From positions 1-45,009 of the forward strand of contig CAJPSI010000001.1 of assembly GCA_905373275.1 (NCBI GenBank): DNA of 45,009 nucleotides, in the 5' to 3' direction. Within the stretch, counting starts at the first letter, position 1. Each line of letters begins with the position of its first letter. The translations under genes and the position numbers were made by a program. The DNA is from Candidatus Saccharibacteria bacterium UBA1103 (lineage in GTDB: Bacteria > Patescibacteriota > Saccharimonadia > Saccharimonadales > Saccharimonadaceae). The notes below the pieces were generated by a model. It saw only the letters and a list, made by a program, of their open reading frames with translations. It was not told the origin of the DNA and did not search any database. This document shows, piece by piece, positions 17,570 to 26,056 of this stretch.

Positions 17570-18259
17570 TTATAATACTTTTAGCTTAAATCCGGCGTAT
17601 GTACCATCCTGCTTATATGCCTCTTCGCCAAGAAACGCCGGGATAGCCTGCAGGGTATCGTTATAGACAAAGTTTTTAAGATCGGTAATATTTTTCTCTT
17701 CCTCGGGCATAATCTTCCCTGCCATTTTGTAGAAAGTTCGTTTGACTTCCGCTACTTTATTATCCAAGAACCTTGTTATATCGGCACATATTTGTCCATA
17801 TAGGTCGTCGTTCAGATGCGAATTTGGTACTTCATAAGCCACAAAATTTGGTGCCACCGTAGTGATGTCGTTGAGTGGCTCGACTACCAGGATGTTCTCC
17901 GTGGTGCTGGCGCCGATGAAACTTTGTGCCACTTTATTGTCCTTATCTGCCGTTATCAATATATCCGGCTGCTCGGCGGTAGTTGTGTGAAAATCCAGTA
18001 CTAGCTCCGGCTGCAAAAGTCGAATACGCTCCTCAATCATCTTTGCTCGATGTCCTTCGTAGGTATCCAGATCAAGTCCGTAGCTCCTATTTAAGTCTGA
18101 TTCGGTATACCGTACATTTTTTACGTAGGCGCACGGATTAGCCACAACAAACTCCATGTCCTCCAATAGCTTAGACCGCTTAGTGAGCATATACGCCAGT
18201 AAGTTTGGGCCTAGCAGCTCATTACCGTGAGTGGAGATGATCGCAAGTATCTTTGTCAT
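17570..18259 (-). CDS. Succinylglutamate desuccinylase/aspartoacylase (M14-like Zn hydrolase) family protein
   Basis: Motifs THGNELLG, ANP, RYTESDLNRS, VLDFHTT; AT-rich gene. Confidence 0.88.
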   Translation of the reverse strand: MTKILAIISTHGNELLGPNLLAYMLTKRSKLLEDMEFVVANPCAYVKNVRYTESDLNRSYGLDLDTYEGHRAKMIEERIRLLQPELVLDFHTTTAEQPDILITADKDNKVAQSFIGASTTENILVVEPLNDITTVAPNFVAYEVPNSHLNDDLYGQICADITRFLDNKVAEVKRTFYKMAGKIMPEEEKNITDLKNFVYNDTLQAIPAFLGEEAYKQDGTYAGFKLKVL

Positions 18260-18336
18260 AACTAATCAACCTTTGCAGCTAGAACCAAAGCGCTGCCCGG
18301 GTCAGAGAGCTTGGAGACCCTTCCTTCTCTCTGTTT
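18260..18336 (-). promoter_or_regulatory. Structured 5' leader (riboswitch candidate)
   Basis: CAGAGAG/CTCTCTG stem, loop GGGTC complementary to downstream GACCC, then a GCAGC/GCTGC hairpin next to the RBS. Confidence 0.45.
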
Positions 18337-18342
18337 AAGCTT

Positions 18343-18371
18343 ATCTTACACCACGTGGCTTTGCCGTGCAA
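18343..18371 (-). promoter_or_regulatory. sigma70 promoter TTGCAC-N17-TAAGAT
   Basis: -35 at 18371-18366, -10 at 18348-18343. Confidence 0.55.
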
Positions 18372-18440
18372 TTCCTGTGGCTCTGGCGTATCTCGGTGGG
18401 TCACTTGACCAGCTATCAGGGCTAGCCTATATTGATAGCA

Positions 18441-19895
18441 GTGTCAAAGCAACCTCATTCTAATACACCCAGCACCATGCAGCGCAAGCAAGTGGCGATT
18501 CGCTTCTTCACTTACGGTGTGATGGCGATAGCCACTGTGGTCGGGGTGATCGTCTGTATCGGCTGGGCGATGGGCTATCGTTTTGACTTGATGTCAGGGC
18601 AGCTATCGCAAGTAGCGCTGCTGCAATTCAACACCTTTCCGACTGGTGCTGTAGTTGACATAAACGGTGCTAGCCTGTCTACCAGGACACCAACCCGCTC
18701 AAATATCAAGACCGGGCAAACTAAAGTCTCGATGTCGCTGACCGGCTACCGAGGCTGGTCTAAAACGGTCTCGGCGCTACCCAGTAGCGTGCGCTGGCTG
18801 GACTATGCTCGACTGGTGCCGCAAAATGTCAAGACCGAATCGGTCAAGACCTTTACTAACGTCGTTGATATGCTGCCGACACCTGATCGTAAATGGGCGG
18901 TAGTGCTGACCAACGAGTCGATGGGTGATGCCACTCTGGTCGACCTGGCTGATCCGAAACAGATCAAATTTAGCACTATCGAGCTTAGTAATTTACACTT
19001 AGCGACTGACGGCGAGAGCAAGTTTAAGATCGTTGAGTGGGACAAGGATTCTCGTTATCTGCTGGTCAAGCACCAGCTGGGCGACCGGACGGAGTATCTG
19101 GAGTACGACCGCCAAGATAAGATAACTCGCAATCTGTCAAGCGATTTTGGCTTGGAGCTAACCGAGCTGCATTTCTCTAATGCCGGGGGTGACGTGATCT
19201 ACACCTTGACCGGGACGGATCTGCGCAAGATCAACTATGCTGATAAATCCATCTCGGCGCCACTGGCTACCGGTGTGACTAGCTATGTCCTACTGGGTGA
19301 CAGCGGGCGAATCGTTTATCTGAGTAAGAAGGTGGATGGTAGTAAGACCAGTCAAGTCATTTCGATTTATGATGACGGCAAGATCACCAAGCTCAGGACT
19401 TATGATGATGCTAAGACCACCCTGATTGGCTTCTTTCGCAACAATGATATTGATTACCTGGCGGTTGGTCGGGGTGAGATGGTCTCGGTCTACCCCGACC
19501 CGCTCAAGCGTCAGCGCCAGTCGCACGATTTTAATAAATCGGTAGCTTATTTGAGCAGCCCCGGCGGGATTGATTGGATGAAGGTAAATCCGACGGGACG
19601 GTTCGTTCTGGCCGGTAAAGGTAATAAGGTCGTCTGCTACGATGTCGAGACTACCGAGAACTACTCGTTCGAGCTGGCTCGTCGAGGTGAGCCGGTCTGG
19701 CTGGACGGTTATCACCTGCTGGATGTTAAAAATGGCGTACTCAATATGGTTGAGTTCGACGGACAGAATATCCAGCACCTGGTCAGTGGGCGCTTGCCCG
19801 CTTTTCTGTCGGCTAATGAGAAGTACCTACTGAGCCTTGATAGTATCTCGGGCGGAGCGGTCTTGCAACGTTCGCAGATGGTTATTGACCAATAG
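18441..19895 (+). CDS. PEGA domain membrane-anchored protein with beta-propeller-like C-terminus
   Basis: N-terminal TM, GYRFD, then PEGA-like FPTGAVVDING...TPT...GYRGWSKTV. Start uncertain (GTG 18441 or ATG 18477). Confidence 0.8.
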   Translation: MSKQPHSNTPSTMQRKQVAIRFFTYGVMAIATVVGVIVCIGWAMGYRFDLMSGQLSQVALLQFNTFPTGAVVDINGASLSTRTPTRSNIKTGQTKVSMSLTGYRGWSKTVSALPSSVRWLDYARLVPQNVKTESVKTFTNVVDMLPTPDRKWAVVLTNESMGDATLVDLADPKQIKFSTIELSNLHLATDGESKFKIVEWDKDSRYLLVKHQLGDRTEYLEYDRQDKITRNLSSDFGLELTELHFSNAGGDVIYTLTGTDLRKINYADKSISAPLATGVTSYVLLGDSGRIVYLSKKVDGSKTSQVISIYDDGKITKLRTYDDAKTTLIGFFRNNDIDYLAVGRGEMVSVYPDPLKRQRQSHDFNKSVAYLSSPGGIDWMKVNPTGRFVLAGKGNKVVCYDVETTENYSFELARRGEPVWLDGYHLLDVKNGVLNMVEFDGQNIQHLVSGRLPAFLSANEKYLLSLDSISGGAVLQRSQMVIDQ

Positions 19896-19933
19896 CTGAA
19901 CCCGAGGAATAGTGCAAGGTGAAGTTGCAGTGC

Positions 19934-21199
19934 TTACTTGCCAAAGATACTCTCCAGCAGAGTCTTGGGCTTGCCGACGATCTGCTTAGCCGGCTTATTG
20001 CTGGTAGCCTCTTGGCTCTCGCCGGTGCGATTTGGGTCGGGTGAGACCTGCTCGCCGATCACCAGTAGGCGCTTAGCGATTGAGCCTGGTGGATCGCAAG
20101 TTATCAGAGTGGCATAGGCTTTAGACGAGCCAAGATTGACCTGGTCAATCTGATTAGGATAGATCGATTTGATATCGACCACCTTGTAGGCGTAGCGAGT
20201 CTTGCCGTAGTCAAGGTAGAATAAGTCGCCTTGTGTCAGCCTATTCAGCTGGACGAAGATAAACTTGTAGTCACCCGGAGCGAAGACATCAGCACTACTG
20301 TGACCCAGGATGACGGTATTTCCCTTCTGTCCTGGCGTGGCGGTCGCACCGGCCAGCGGGTAATGAACCGGGCCATTGCGTAGGGCGACCTGGACATTAT
20401 TCTCGCTGAGGTCGGTCAAGCCGTAAACGACCGGGGCGTTGACGTTAATCTTGGGGATGATCACGTGGGGACTGGTGCTAATTGGCTGGTTACTGCCACT
20501 GCCGACGATTATCGTCTGGGTCGATGAATCACCCGGGCTGATAAAACTGACTACACCGGCCATCACCACACTGTTGTATTGTAAGAAGAAAAAGACTAGC
20601 GCCACTACTACTGCGCTGATCGCCGGCCAGAACCACCAGTGTCGCTTTGCCTGTTCGGCAGTCTCTTTAACTTTCTCCAGTACCTCCGACTTGAGCTCGT
20701 GCTGAACTTCATTCTGGTCAAGCACCCCGTCGTTTTGGCGACTATCGGCTACGGCGGCTTGCTGTTTAGCGAAGCGAGCTTGTTGTTCCTGCAGGGCGGC
20801 TATGTAGTAATTCTCGTAGTACTTCTGATAATAATTCTGCCACGCCTGGTGGTAGCGCTGGCGAGCTAAGTCTTGGGCTTGCTTCTCCTTTTGTTTCTCT
20901 TGGGCTTGCCGGCGCTCAGCAGATAAGATCTGATCGGCGGCCAGCTGGGCGTCATGATAGATGTGATTCTGAAGACGGGTGGTATTGGTCATTGGCTCGG
21001 CATCGGCGGAATAAGTCACTGTCTGATTATCCTTCATTCGCTTGGTCGGCTTGATCGGGGCGGGCTGAACGGGATGTGAAGTTGGCTGATGAGTCCGGTC
21101 GTACGGATAGTTAACCACCGGCGTTGCTTCGGGCGGCTGGATGACCTTCCGGCTTGACGACCCGGGGATCAGGTATTCTTCATTATCTTGCTCGTTCAT
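19934..21199 (-). CDS. Sortase with long Gln-rich N-terminal region
   Basis: IPKINVNAPV, GNTVILGHSS (His), TLITCDP (Cys) and downstream RLLV (Arg); one TM before the catalytic domain. Confidence 0.9.
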   Translation of the reverse strand: MNEQDNEEYLIPGSSSRKVIQPPEATPVVNYPYDRTHQPTSHPVQPAPIKPTKRMKDNQTVTYSADAEPMTNTTRLQNHIYHDAQLAADQILSAERRQAQEKQKEKQAQDLARQRYHQAWQNYYQKYYENYYIAALQEQQARFAKQQAAVADSRQNDGVLDQNEVQHELKSEVLEKVKETAEQAKRHWWFWPAISAVVVALVFFFLQYNSVVMAGVVSFISPGDSSTQTIIVGSGSNQPISTSPHVIIPKINVNAPVVYGLTDLSENNVQVALRNGPVHYPLAGATATPGQKGNTVILGHSSADVFAPGDYKFIFVQLNRLTQGDLFYLDYGKTRYAYKVVDIKSIYPNQIDQVNLGSSKAYATLITCDPPGSIAKRLLVIGEQVSPDPNRTGESQEATSNKPAKQIVGKPKTLLESIFGK

Positions 21200-21316
21200 C
21201 TGATACTATTCTATACCAAAACGAGCCCGACCGCTAATATAGGTGTACCAGTCTACCATGCTTGGTGCATCGGCTAGACCCAATCAACATAAAAGTGATA
21301 CCATCGTCGTAATTAA

Positions 21317-22087
21317 ATGATGAATATGCCAGAGGCTAGCACTTTTAATGATCCTAGCTACATCATATCGACTGACGATGCGGCAAAGAGGATTTTATCG
21401 GGTGTCGTCACCAATGGTCATGCTGGAGCCGCTCTGCTTGACATAGCTAAGGATGTTGCCGATCATTACTCTTTCGTCGATCACCAGACATACCCTCGTC
21501 CCGGTCATGCACTAACTAGAAAAAGATTGCCGCCGGAGTTTACCTTTGTCTCAATTATTGTTTCTTTGCGCTGTACATTGAGTACAGAACAGGTCGTAAC
21601 CGACAGGCTAATTGCCGAGACGAATGGCAACGTGGATGCGCTAAAGCAACTGGACATTGATACAATAAGAGAAATCATTAGGCCGTCCGGTATGTCCAAG
21701 CAGAAAAGTATTTGGATTACAAATGGCCTAGATCAGTTTAATAATAATCTTGATTATCATATGGACAAACTTTACCGTTCGTGTCTGGAAGATGCCAGGA
21801 ATAGGCTGCTCAAGCTAAATGGTATGGGTGCTAAAGCGACCGATTGTTTCTTGCTGTTAGGACTTAATCGCCCATCATTTCCAGTGGATGTGAACGTTTT
21901 TAAGCTGATATCTTGCTTATTTCCCGAACAGATCACTAGTGACACAGGGGTTGTCCCCGATTTCTCTAAAAAGCTCCATGCTAATGCGGCGAAGTGCTTA
22001 CTAGAACGCAGTTTTACCCGGGACACTAAAGCCTATCAGGTATTACATACCTATTTGTTGCTTGCCAATAAATACGGCGTTGCTTAG
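21317..22087 (+). CDS. HhH-GPD (endonuclease III-like) DNA glycosylase lacking the Fe-S motif
   Basis: IRPSGMSKQKS, LLKLNGMGAKATDCFLL (HhH) and FPVDVNV (catalytic Asp); AT-rich. Confidence 0.85.
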   Translation: MMNMPEASTFNDPSYIISTDDAAKRILSGVVTNGHAGAALLDIAKDVADHYSFVDHQTYPRPGHALTRKRLPPEFTFVSIIVSLRCTLSTEQVVTDRLIAETNGNVDALKQLDIDTIREIIRPSGMSKQKSIWITNGLDQFNNNLDYHMDKLYRSCLEDARNRLLKLNGMGAKATDCFLLLGLNRPSFPVDVNVFKLISCLFPEQITSDTGVVPDFSKKLHANAAKCLLERSFTRDTKAYQVLHTYLLLANKYGVA

Positions 22088-22116
22088 CGCTATGGTGTGC
22101 TAGAATAGAAGCGTTA

Positions 22117-22203
22117 GGGCGAGTGGCGGAATTGGTAGACGCTGCAGACTTAAAATCTGCTGATAGCAATATCGTGAGGGTTCAAGTCCCTCCCCGCCCA
22201 CCA
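22117..22203 (+). tRNA. tRNA-Leu (anticodon TAA), CCA encoded
   Basis: GGGCGAGTGGCGGAATTGGTAGACGC, anticodon arm GCAGA-CTTAAAA-TCTGC, long variable arm, GAGGG-TTCAAGT-CCCTC, then CCCGCCC-A-CCA. Promoter-like TGCTAGAAT just upstream. Confidence 0.96.
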
Positions 22204-23207
22204 GGAATTATATTAAAAAGTTCGTCTTTCGTTAATTTTTTGGTTGGTAGGCTTTCTTTAGTATTCTTCTGCTCGCTGAGGGTGTTGCGTTCCCAAAAAA
22301 CACCATCCGTGTACCCCTGGATAGAATTGTCGCTATCCGCCATCTCCAATCGTTTCTCCGCCCAGGCGCAATAAGTTTTGTCGAGCTCAATGCCGATATA
22401 CCTGCGACCGAGTTTCTTGGCAGTTACAGAAGTTGTTCCGCTACCTAGAAAAGGATCAAAGATCACATCCCCTATGTTTGAGCTAGCTAAAATAATTTTG
22501 GCAATCAGCTTCTCGGGCTTTTGAGTTGGATGGGCGGTGTTTTCGGGCATTGACCAATATGGGATCGTACAATCATCCCAAAAGTTTGATGGACAGGTGT
22601 CCCGGAAATTGCCATTTTTGGTTACTTGCCAATCTTTCGGCTCGCCATTCTCTCTGTATGGAGCGATGACTTTCTTTCGAATCTTCACATCGTCTAGATT
22701 AAATGTCCGTTGGCTGTTGTTGGTTGCGAACCAGATGTCCTCGAGCCCATTTTTCCAGTTTTCTTTGGCGCCTCGACCTTTCTCTCGTTGCCATGTTATT
22801 CGGTTTCTGACATTGAGATACTTTGGTAAAATCCGACCGATAACAACGCTGGTTTGCCAGTCACAACAAACATAGACACTTGCCTCATCTTTCAGTAGTG
22901 GCATGACTAGCTTTAACCACTGTTCTGTGTATTTGGCGTAGCTTTCGTTGTCAGTTTTCTTAAATTTGTTGCCGTGATAGTCCTTAGATAAGTTGTACGG
23001 CGAATCAACGATCAGCAGATCGATAAACTTTCTTGGCATATTTTTCATAACTTCAAAGGCATCGCCGTTAATTGTCTTATTTATGATTTTACCAATAGAC
23101 AGCTCCGAGCTTCCGTCTACACAGCGGTTAAAATACTTTTGACCTTCCCTGAGAGAGAAATCAATGGTTTTATTTCGGTGTGATTTCTTAGCCTTTAGCA
23201 TATCCAT
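22182..23207 (-). CDS. Orphan N4/N6 site-specific DNA methyltransferase (beta class)
   Basis: Motif IV reads DSPY, followed later by HPTQKPEKL and IFDPFLGSGTT (motif I), giving beta order. AT-rich; stop lies inside the tRNA on the opposite strand. Confidence 0.9.
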   Translation of the reverse strand: MDMLKAKKSHRNKTIDFSLREGQKYFNRCVDGSSELSIGKIINKTINGDAFEVMKNMPRKFIDLLIVDSPYNLSKDYHGNKFKKTDNESYAKYTEQWLKLVMPLLKDEASVYVCCDWQTSVVIGRILPKYLNVRNRITWQREKGRGAKENWKNGLEDIWFATNNSQRTFNLDDVKIRKKVIAPYRENGEPKDWQVTKNGNFRDTCPSNFWDDCTIPYWSMPENTAHPTQKPEKLIAKIILASSNIGDVIFDPFLGSGTTSVTAKKLGRRYIGIELDKTYCAWAEKRLEMADSDNSIQGYTDGVFWERNTLSEQKNTKESLPTKKLTKDELFNIIPGGRGGT

Positions 23208-23231
23208 ATTGTAGCATTTAGGGCTGACAGC

Positions 23232-24308
23232 CTAGTCCAGCTGATAGTCCGGGTTGAAGTCGAAGTCGAGATAGGCGTACCGGCCGAGCCGGTAGGCTAG
23301 ATAGTCGTCCAGGCATTGCTTAGTCTTTGCCGAAAGATCACCGACTCGTCGTGCCGTGCCGTCGCCTGATAGGACGAGCGGGTTGATGTAGCGTCGTTTA
23401 GTGACGATGCTTCGGCAATACTTCCCCGCTACCGGAGTGTCACTACTGTATACTCGCTTTGCTTTCCGGAACTGTTGGAAACGACTCACTAAATACTCGT
23501 CGCCGCTATTTAGGATCCGGCTGATGATTTCATCCTCGCTATAGCGGTAGAAGTCGCTTGGCTGAAGTAGCCCTTGCTTAACCATCCGCTTGAGAGCATC
23601 GGCGATGAACTGCATGGTTAACTTGTGACGATTCTCGACCCAACACGGCCACAGTTGAGAGATGGTGGCGATATACTCTTCGGCTACCGGCAGGTGCTGA
23701 AAACCCAGTTCGTCGACCCCCTCTTCATTTTGTAGCACGATGACGTCGTCGTAAGTCCGCTTGATCCGATCTATCTCCCAGACACGGTTAAGCACCAGTC
23801 CGGCTGAGTAGGAGTATTCGAAACGGTCAGCCGAAAGCTTCGGCGTATCATTATCGGCGATAGGATAAAGCTTGTAATCGTCAACCTGACTCAGCTTGAT
23901 GTGGTCACGCTTGAGCAGGTGCATGATCTCGGGAGAGTCACTAATTATCTGCGAGGTCTCGACTTCGGTCGCTTCTTGCTTCAGATAATCACCCCGGAAG
24001 AAATCGATGCAGTGCTTGAATGTCGGCGTAGCGATGTCGTGGAATAGCCCGGCTAGGGTTTGCTTACGATCCCCGGTGTAGTGCCAGACAATCAGCGCCA
24101 CACCTATACTATGGGTAAGGTTGGAGTACCAATACTTATTGTGGTAGAGATCGGTATGGTCTGACCCCCAGTTCATGCCGGTCCCTTCGAGGCGTCTCAT
24201 AGCCGGGGTGTCAATATATTCGGTCAACCAACCGGGAAATTCGGGGCTAAGCACCCGGTAATACGCCTTAACCTCGTCGTTCAATCCCTTGATATAGTCA
24301 CTTGTCAT
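23232..24308 (-). CDS. HD-domain phosphohydrolase
   Basis: HSIGVA, AGLFHDIATPTFKH and SADRFEY. Start moved to MTSD (24308) after SD GAGGGG. Confidence 0.88.
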   Translation of the reverse strand: MTSDYIKGLNDEVKAYYRVLSPEFPGWLTEYIDTPAMRRLEGTGMNWGSDHTDLYHNKYWYSNLTHSIGVALIVWHYTGDRKQTLAGLFHDIATPTFKHCIDFFRGDYLKQEATEVETSQIISDSPEIMHLLKRDHIKLSQVDDYKLYPIADNDTPKLSADRFEYSYSAGLVLNRVWEIDRIKRTYDDVIVLQNEEGVDELGFQHLPVAEEYIATISQLWPCWVENRHKLTMQFIADALKRMVKQGLLQPSDFYRYSEDEIISRILNSGDEYLVSRFQQFRKAKRVYSSDTPVAGKYCRSIVTKRRYINPLVLSGDGTARRVGDLSAKTKQCLDDYLAYRLGRYAYLDFDFNPDYQLD

Positions 24309-24403
24309 TATCCCCTCCTCTAGTGTGGTTATATTATAGCGCAGCCGCAAAGATCGGGCTGACTAGCGGAAGCATCATTGAGAAATCTTTATCTATCAGG
24401 GGG

Positions 24404-24880
24404 CTATGCGGTATGCTCAAACTTATCCAAGAAGTCTCGCAAGCGATCCAAGATGATATACTCCTTCTTCATCGGTTCGCTTGACTCCAGTAGCTTTCGA
24501 GCTTTGTCGAATTCCAGCCATTCGACGCCATCGTGCTCGGCGTCATACTTGCCGGTGTTCTCCAGGGGGATCATGGCGAAATAGTGAGTAGTCTTATTGA
24601 GATGTACGCCGTCTTTCATGAAATCATCGGTGAAAGCACCCAGGTAACCCTTTATCTCAGCTCGTATTCCCGACTCTTCCAGTACTTCTCGTCGAGCGTC
24701 GTCCTCCAGTGTCTCGTCGTGGTGTAAAGTTCCTTTCGGCAGATGATAGTGTCGTCCATCCAGCCGATTGCGGTAGAGTACTACCACCTCTAGCTGCCCT
24801 TGCTGATGACGGTAGACTACCCCACCCGCCGAGATATGATAAGGCCAAGTCTCGGTATGACGATATTCTGCTGAGTGCAT
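24404..24880 (-). CDS. NUDIX hydrolase
   Basis: SAGGVVY and Nudix box LPKGTLHHDETLEDDARREVLEESG. Likely start ATG 24880 after a G-run SD. Confidence 0.9.
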   Translation of the reverse strand: MHSAEYRHTETWPYHISAGGVVYRHQQGQLEVVVLYRNRLDGRHYHLPKGTLHHDETLEDDARREVLEESGIRAEIKGYLGAFTDDFMKDGVHLNKTTHYFAMIPLENTGKYDAEHDGVEWLEFDKARKLLESSEPMKKEYIILDRLRDFLDKFEHTA

Positions 24881-25060
24881 TATATTAACCCCCCCTTCGT
24901 TTACTGCTAGTCTAAAGCTTCTGCTTACTCCCTCTGATACTTCGTCCGGCGTCATGTCGGATGTGTCTATCACGGTTGTACTAAATGCCGCTATGGTGTT
25001 CAGTCTACACCATGCTTACATATTTCATACTACAGGCATAACACCACGTATGTCTAGAGA

Positions 25061-26056
25061 TTAGGTTTCATGATGTGGCGGTACTTCGGCCAGTACTTGC
25101 CTGATTTCGTCGGTGGAGGTGCAGGCGTAGAGGCGGGCTCGCAGGTCGCTAGCCCCGGCGAAGCCATTGACATATATCTTAAAGAAGTGCTTGAGCGAGT
25201 CGAAATTGCGGACTAGTTCGGGGCGCTCAGCGGGCATGATCAGGCGATATTTATCGTATTGATCTAAGTGATAGAGAAATAGATCAAATAGCTCGGACCG
25301 GCTACGCGGTCCGCCGGAACGGTCAAAGCAAAACGGATTAGCGAAGACGCCTCGTCCGATCATGTAGCCATCTACGCCGGGGTGCTGATGATGGAGTGCC
25401 GTGATCCAGGCATAGTCGGCGATATCGCCGTTGATGACCAGCCTGGTCGGCGGTGATAGCCGATCTCGCAAGCTGACCAGCTCGGAGATTAGCTCGTAGT
25501 GGGCCGGGACTTTACTCATCTCCTTGCGGGTACGCAAATGGACTGTTAGGCAGGCTAGCTTCTGACTAAGCAAAAAAGTAATCCAATCCCGGTACTCCGC
25601 TACCCTCGTTCGTCCCAGCCTGGTCTTAACTGATACCGGTAGTCCGCCCTCCTTAGTGGCGGCGATAATCTGCTGAGCCAGCTGACAATTACCGATCATA
25701 CCTGAGCCGGCACCGATCTTAACTACATCTTTAGCGGGGCAGCCCATATTAATATCTATTCCGTCGAAGCCCTGCTCGCCGAGAGCGTGACTCATGGTGG
25801 CGAAGTGATCGGGCTCAGTTCCCCAGATCTGAGCCACGATGGGTGCTTCGCCGGCGTCGTGCGTCAGACGACCGATGGTGGAGAAATTACCTTGCTCGCT
25901 ACAAAAGCTGGCGGTATTGGTAAACTCGGTCACGAATACGTCGGGGCGAGCCGCCCGAGCGACGACATGACGAAAGACGATGTCGGTCACATCTTCCATC
26001 GGGGCAAGCACGCTGAAAGGTGATGGCAGCTTGGTCCAGAAGCTAATCGTGTTCAA
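25061..26056 (-). CDS. dus: tRNA-dihydrouridine synthase
   Basis: LAPMEDVTD, VAQIWG, GIDINMGCP, SVKTRLG, TVHLRT, INGDI, MIGRG. Confidence 0.95.
   Translation of the reverse strand: MNTISFWTKLPSPFSVLAPMEDVTDIVFRHVVARAARPDVFVTEFTNTASFCSEQGNFSTIGRLTHDAGEAPIVAQIWGTEPDHFATMSHALGEQGFDGIDINMGCPAKDVVKIGAGSGMIGNCQLAQQIIAATKEGGLPVSVKTRLGRTRVAEYRDWITFLLSQKLACLTVHLRTRKEMSKVPAHYELISELVSLRDRLSPPTRLVINGDIADYAWITALHHQHPGVDGYMIGRGVFANPFCFDRSGGPRSRSELFDLFLYHLDQYDKYRLIMPAERPELVRNFDSLKHFFKIYVNGFAGASDLRARLYACTSTDEIRQVLAEVPPHHET

Noticed and set aside
22123..22374. 83-aa plus-strand ORF (MAELVDAADLKS...)
   Set aside because: It is a translation of tRNA-Leu, a classic spurious ORF
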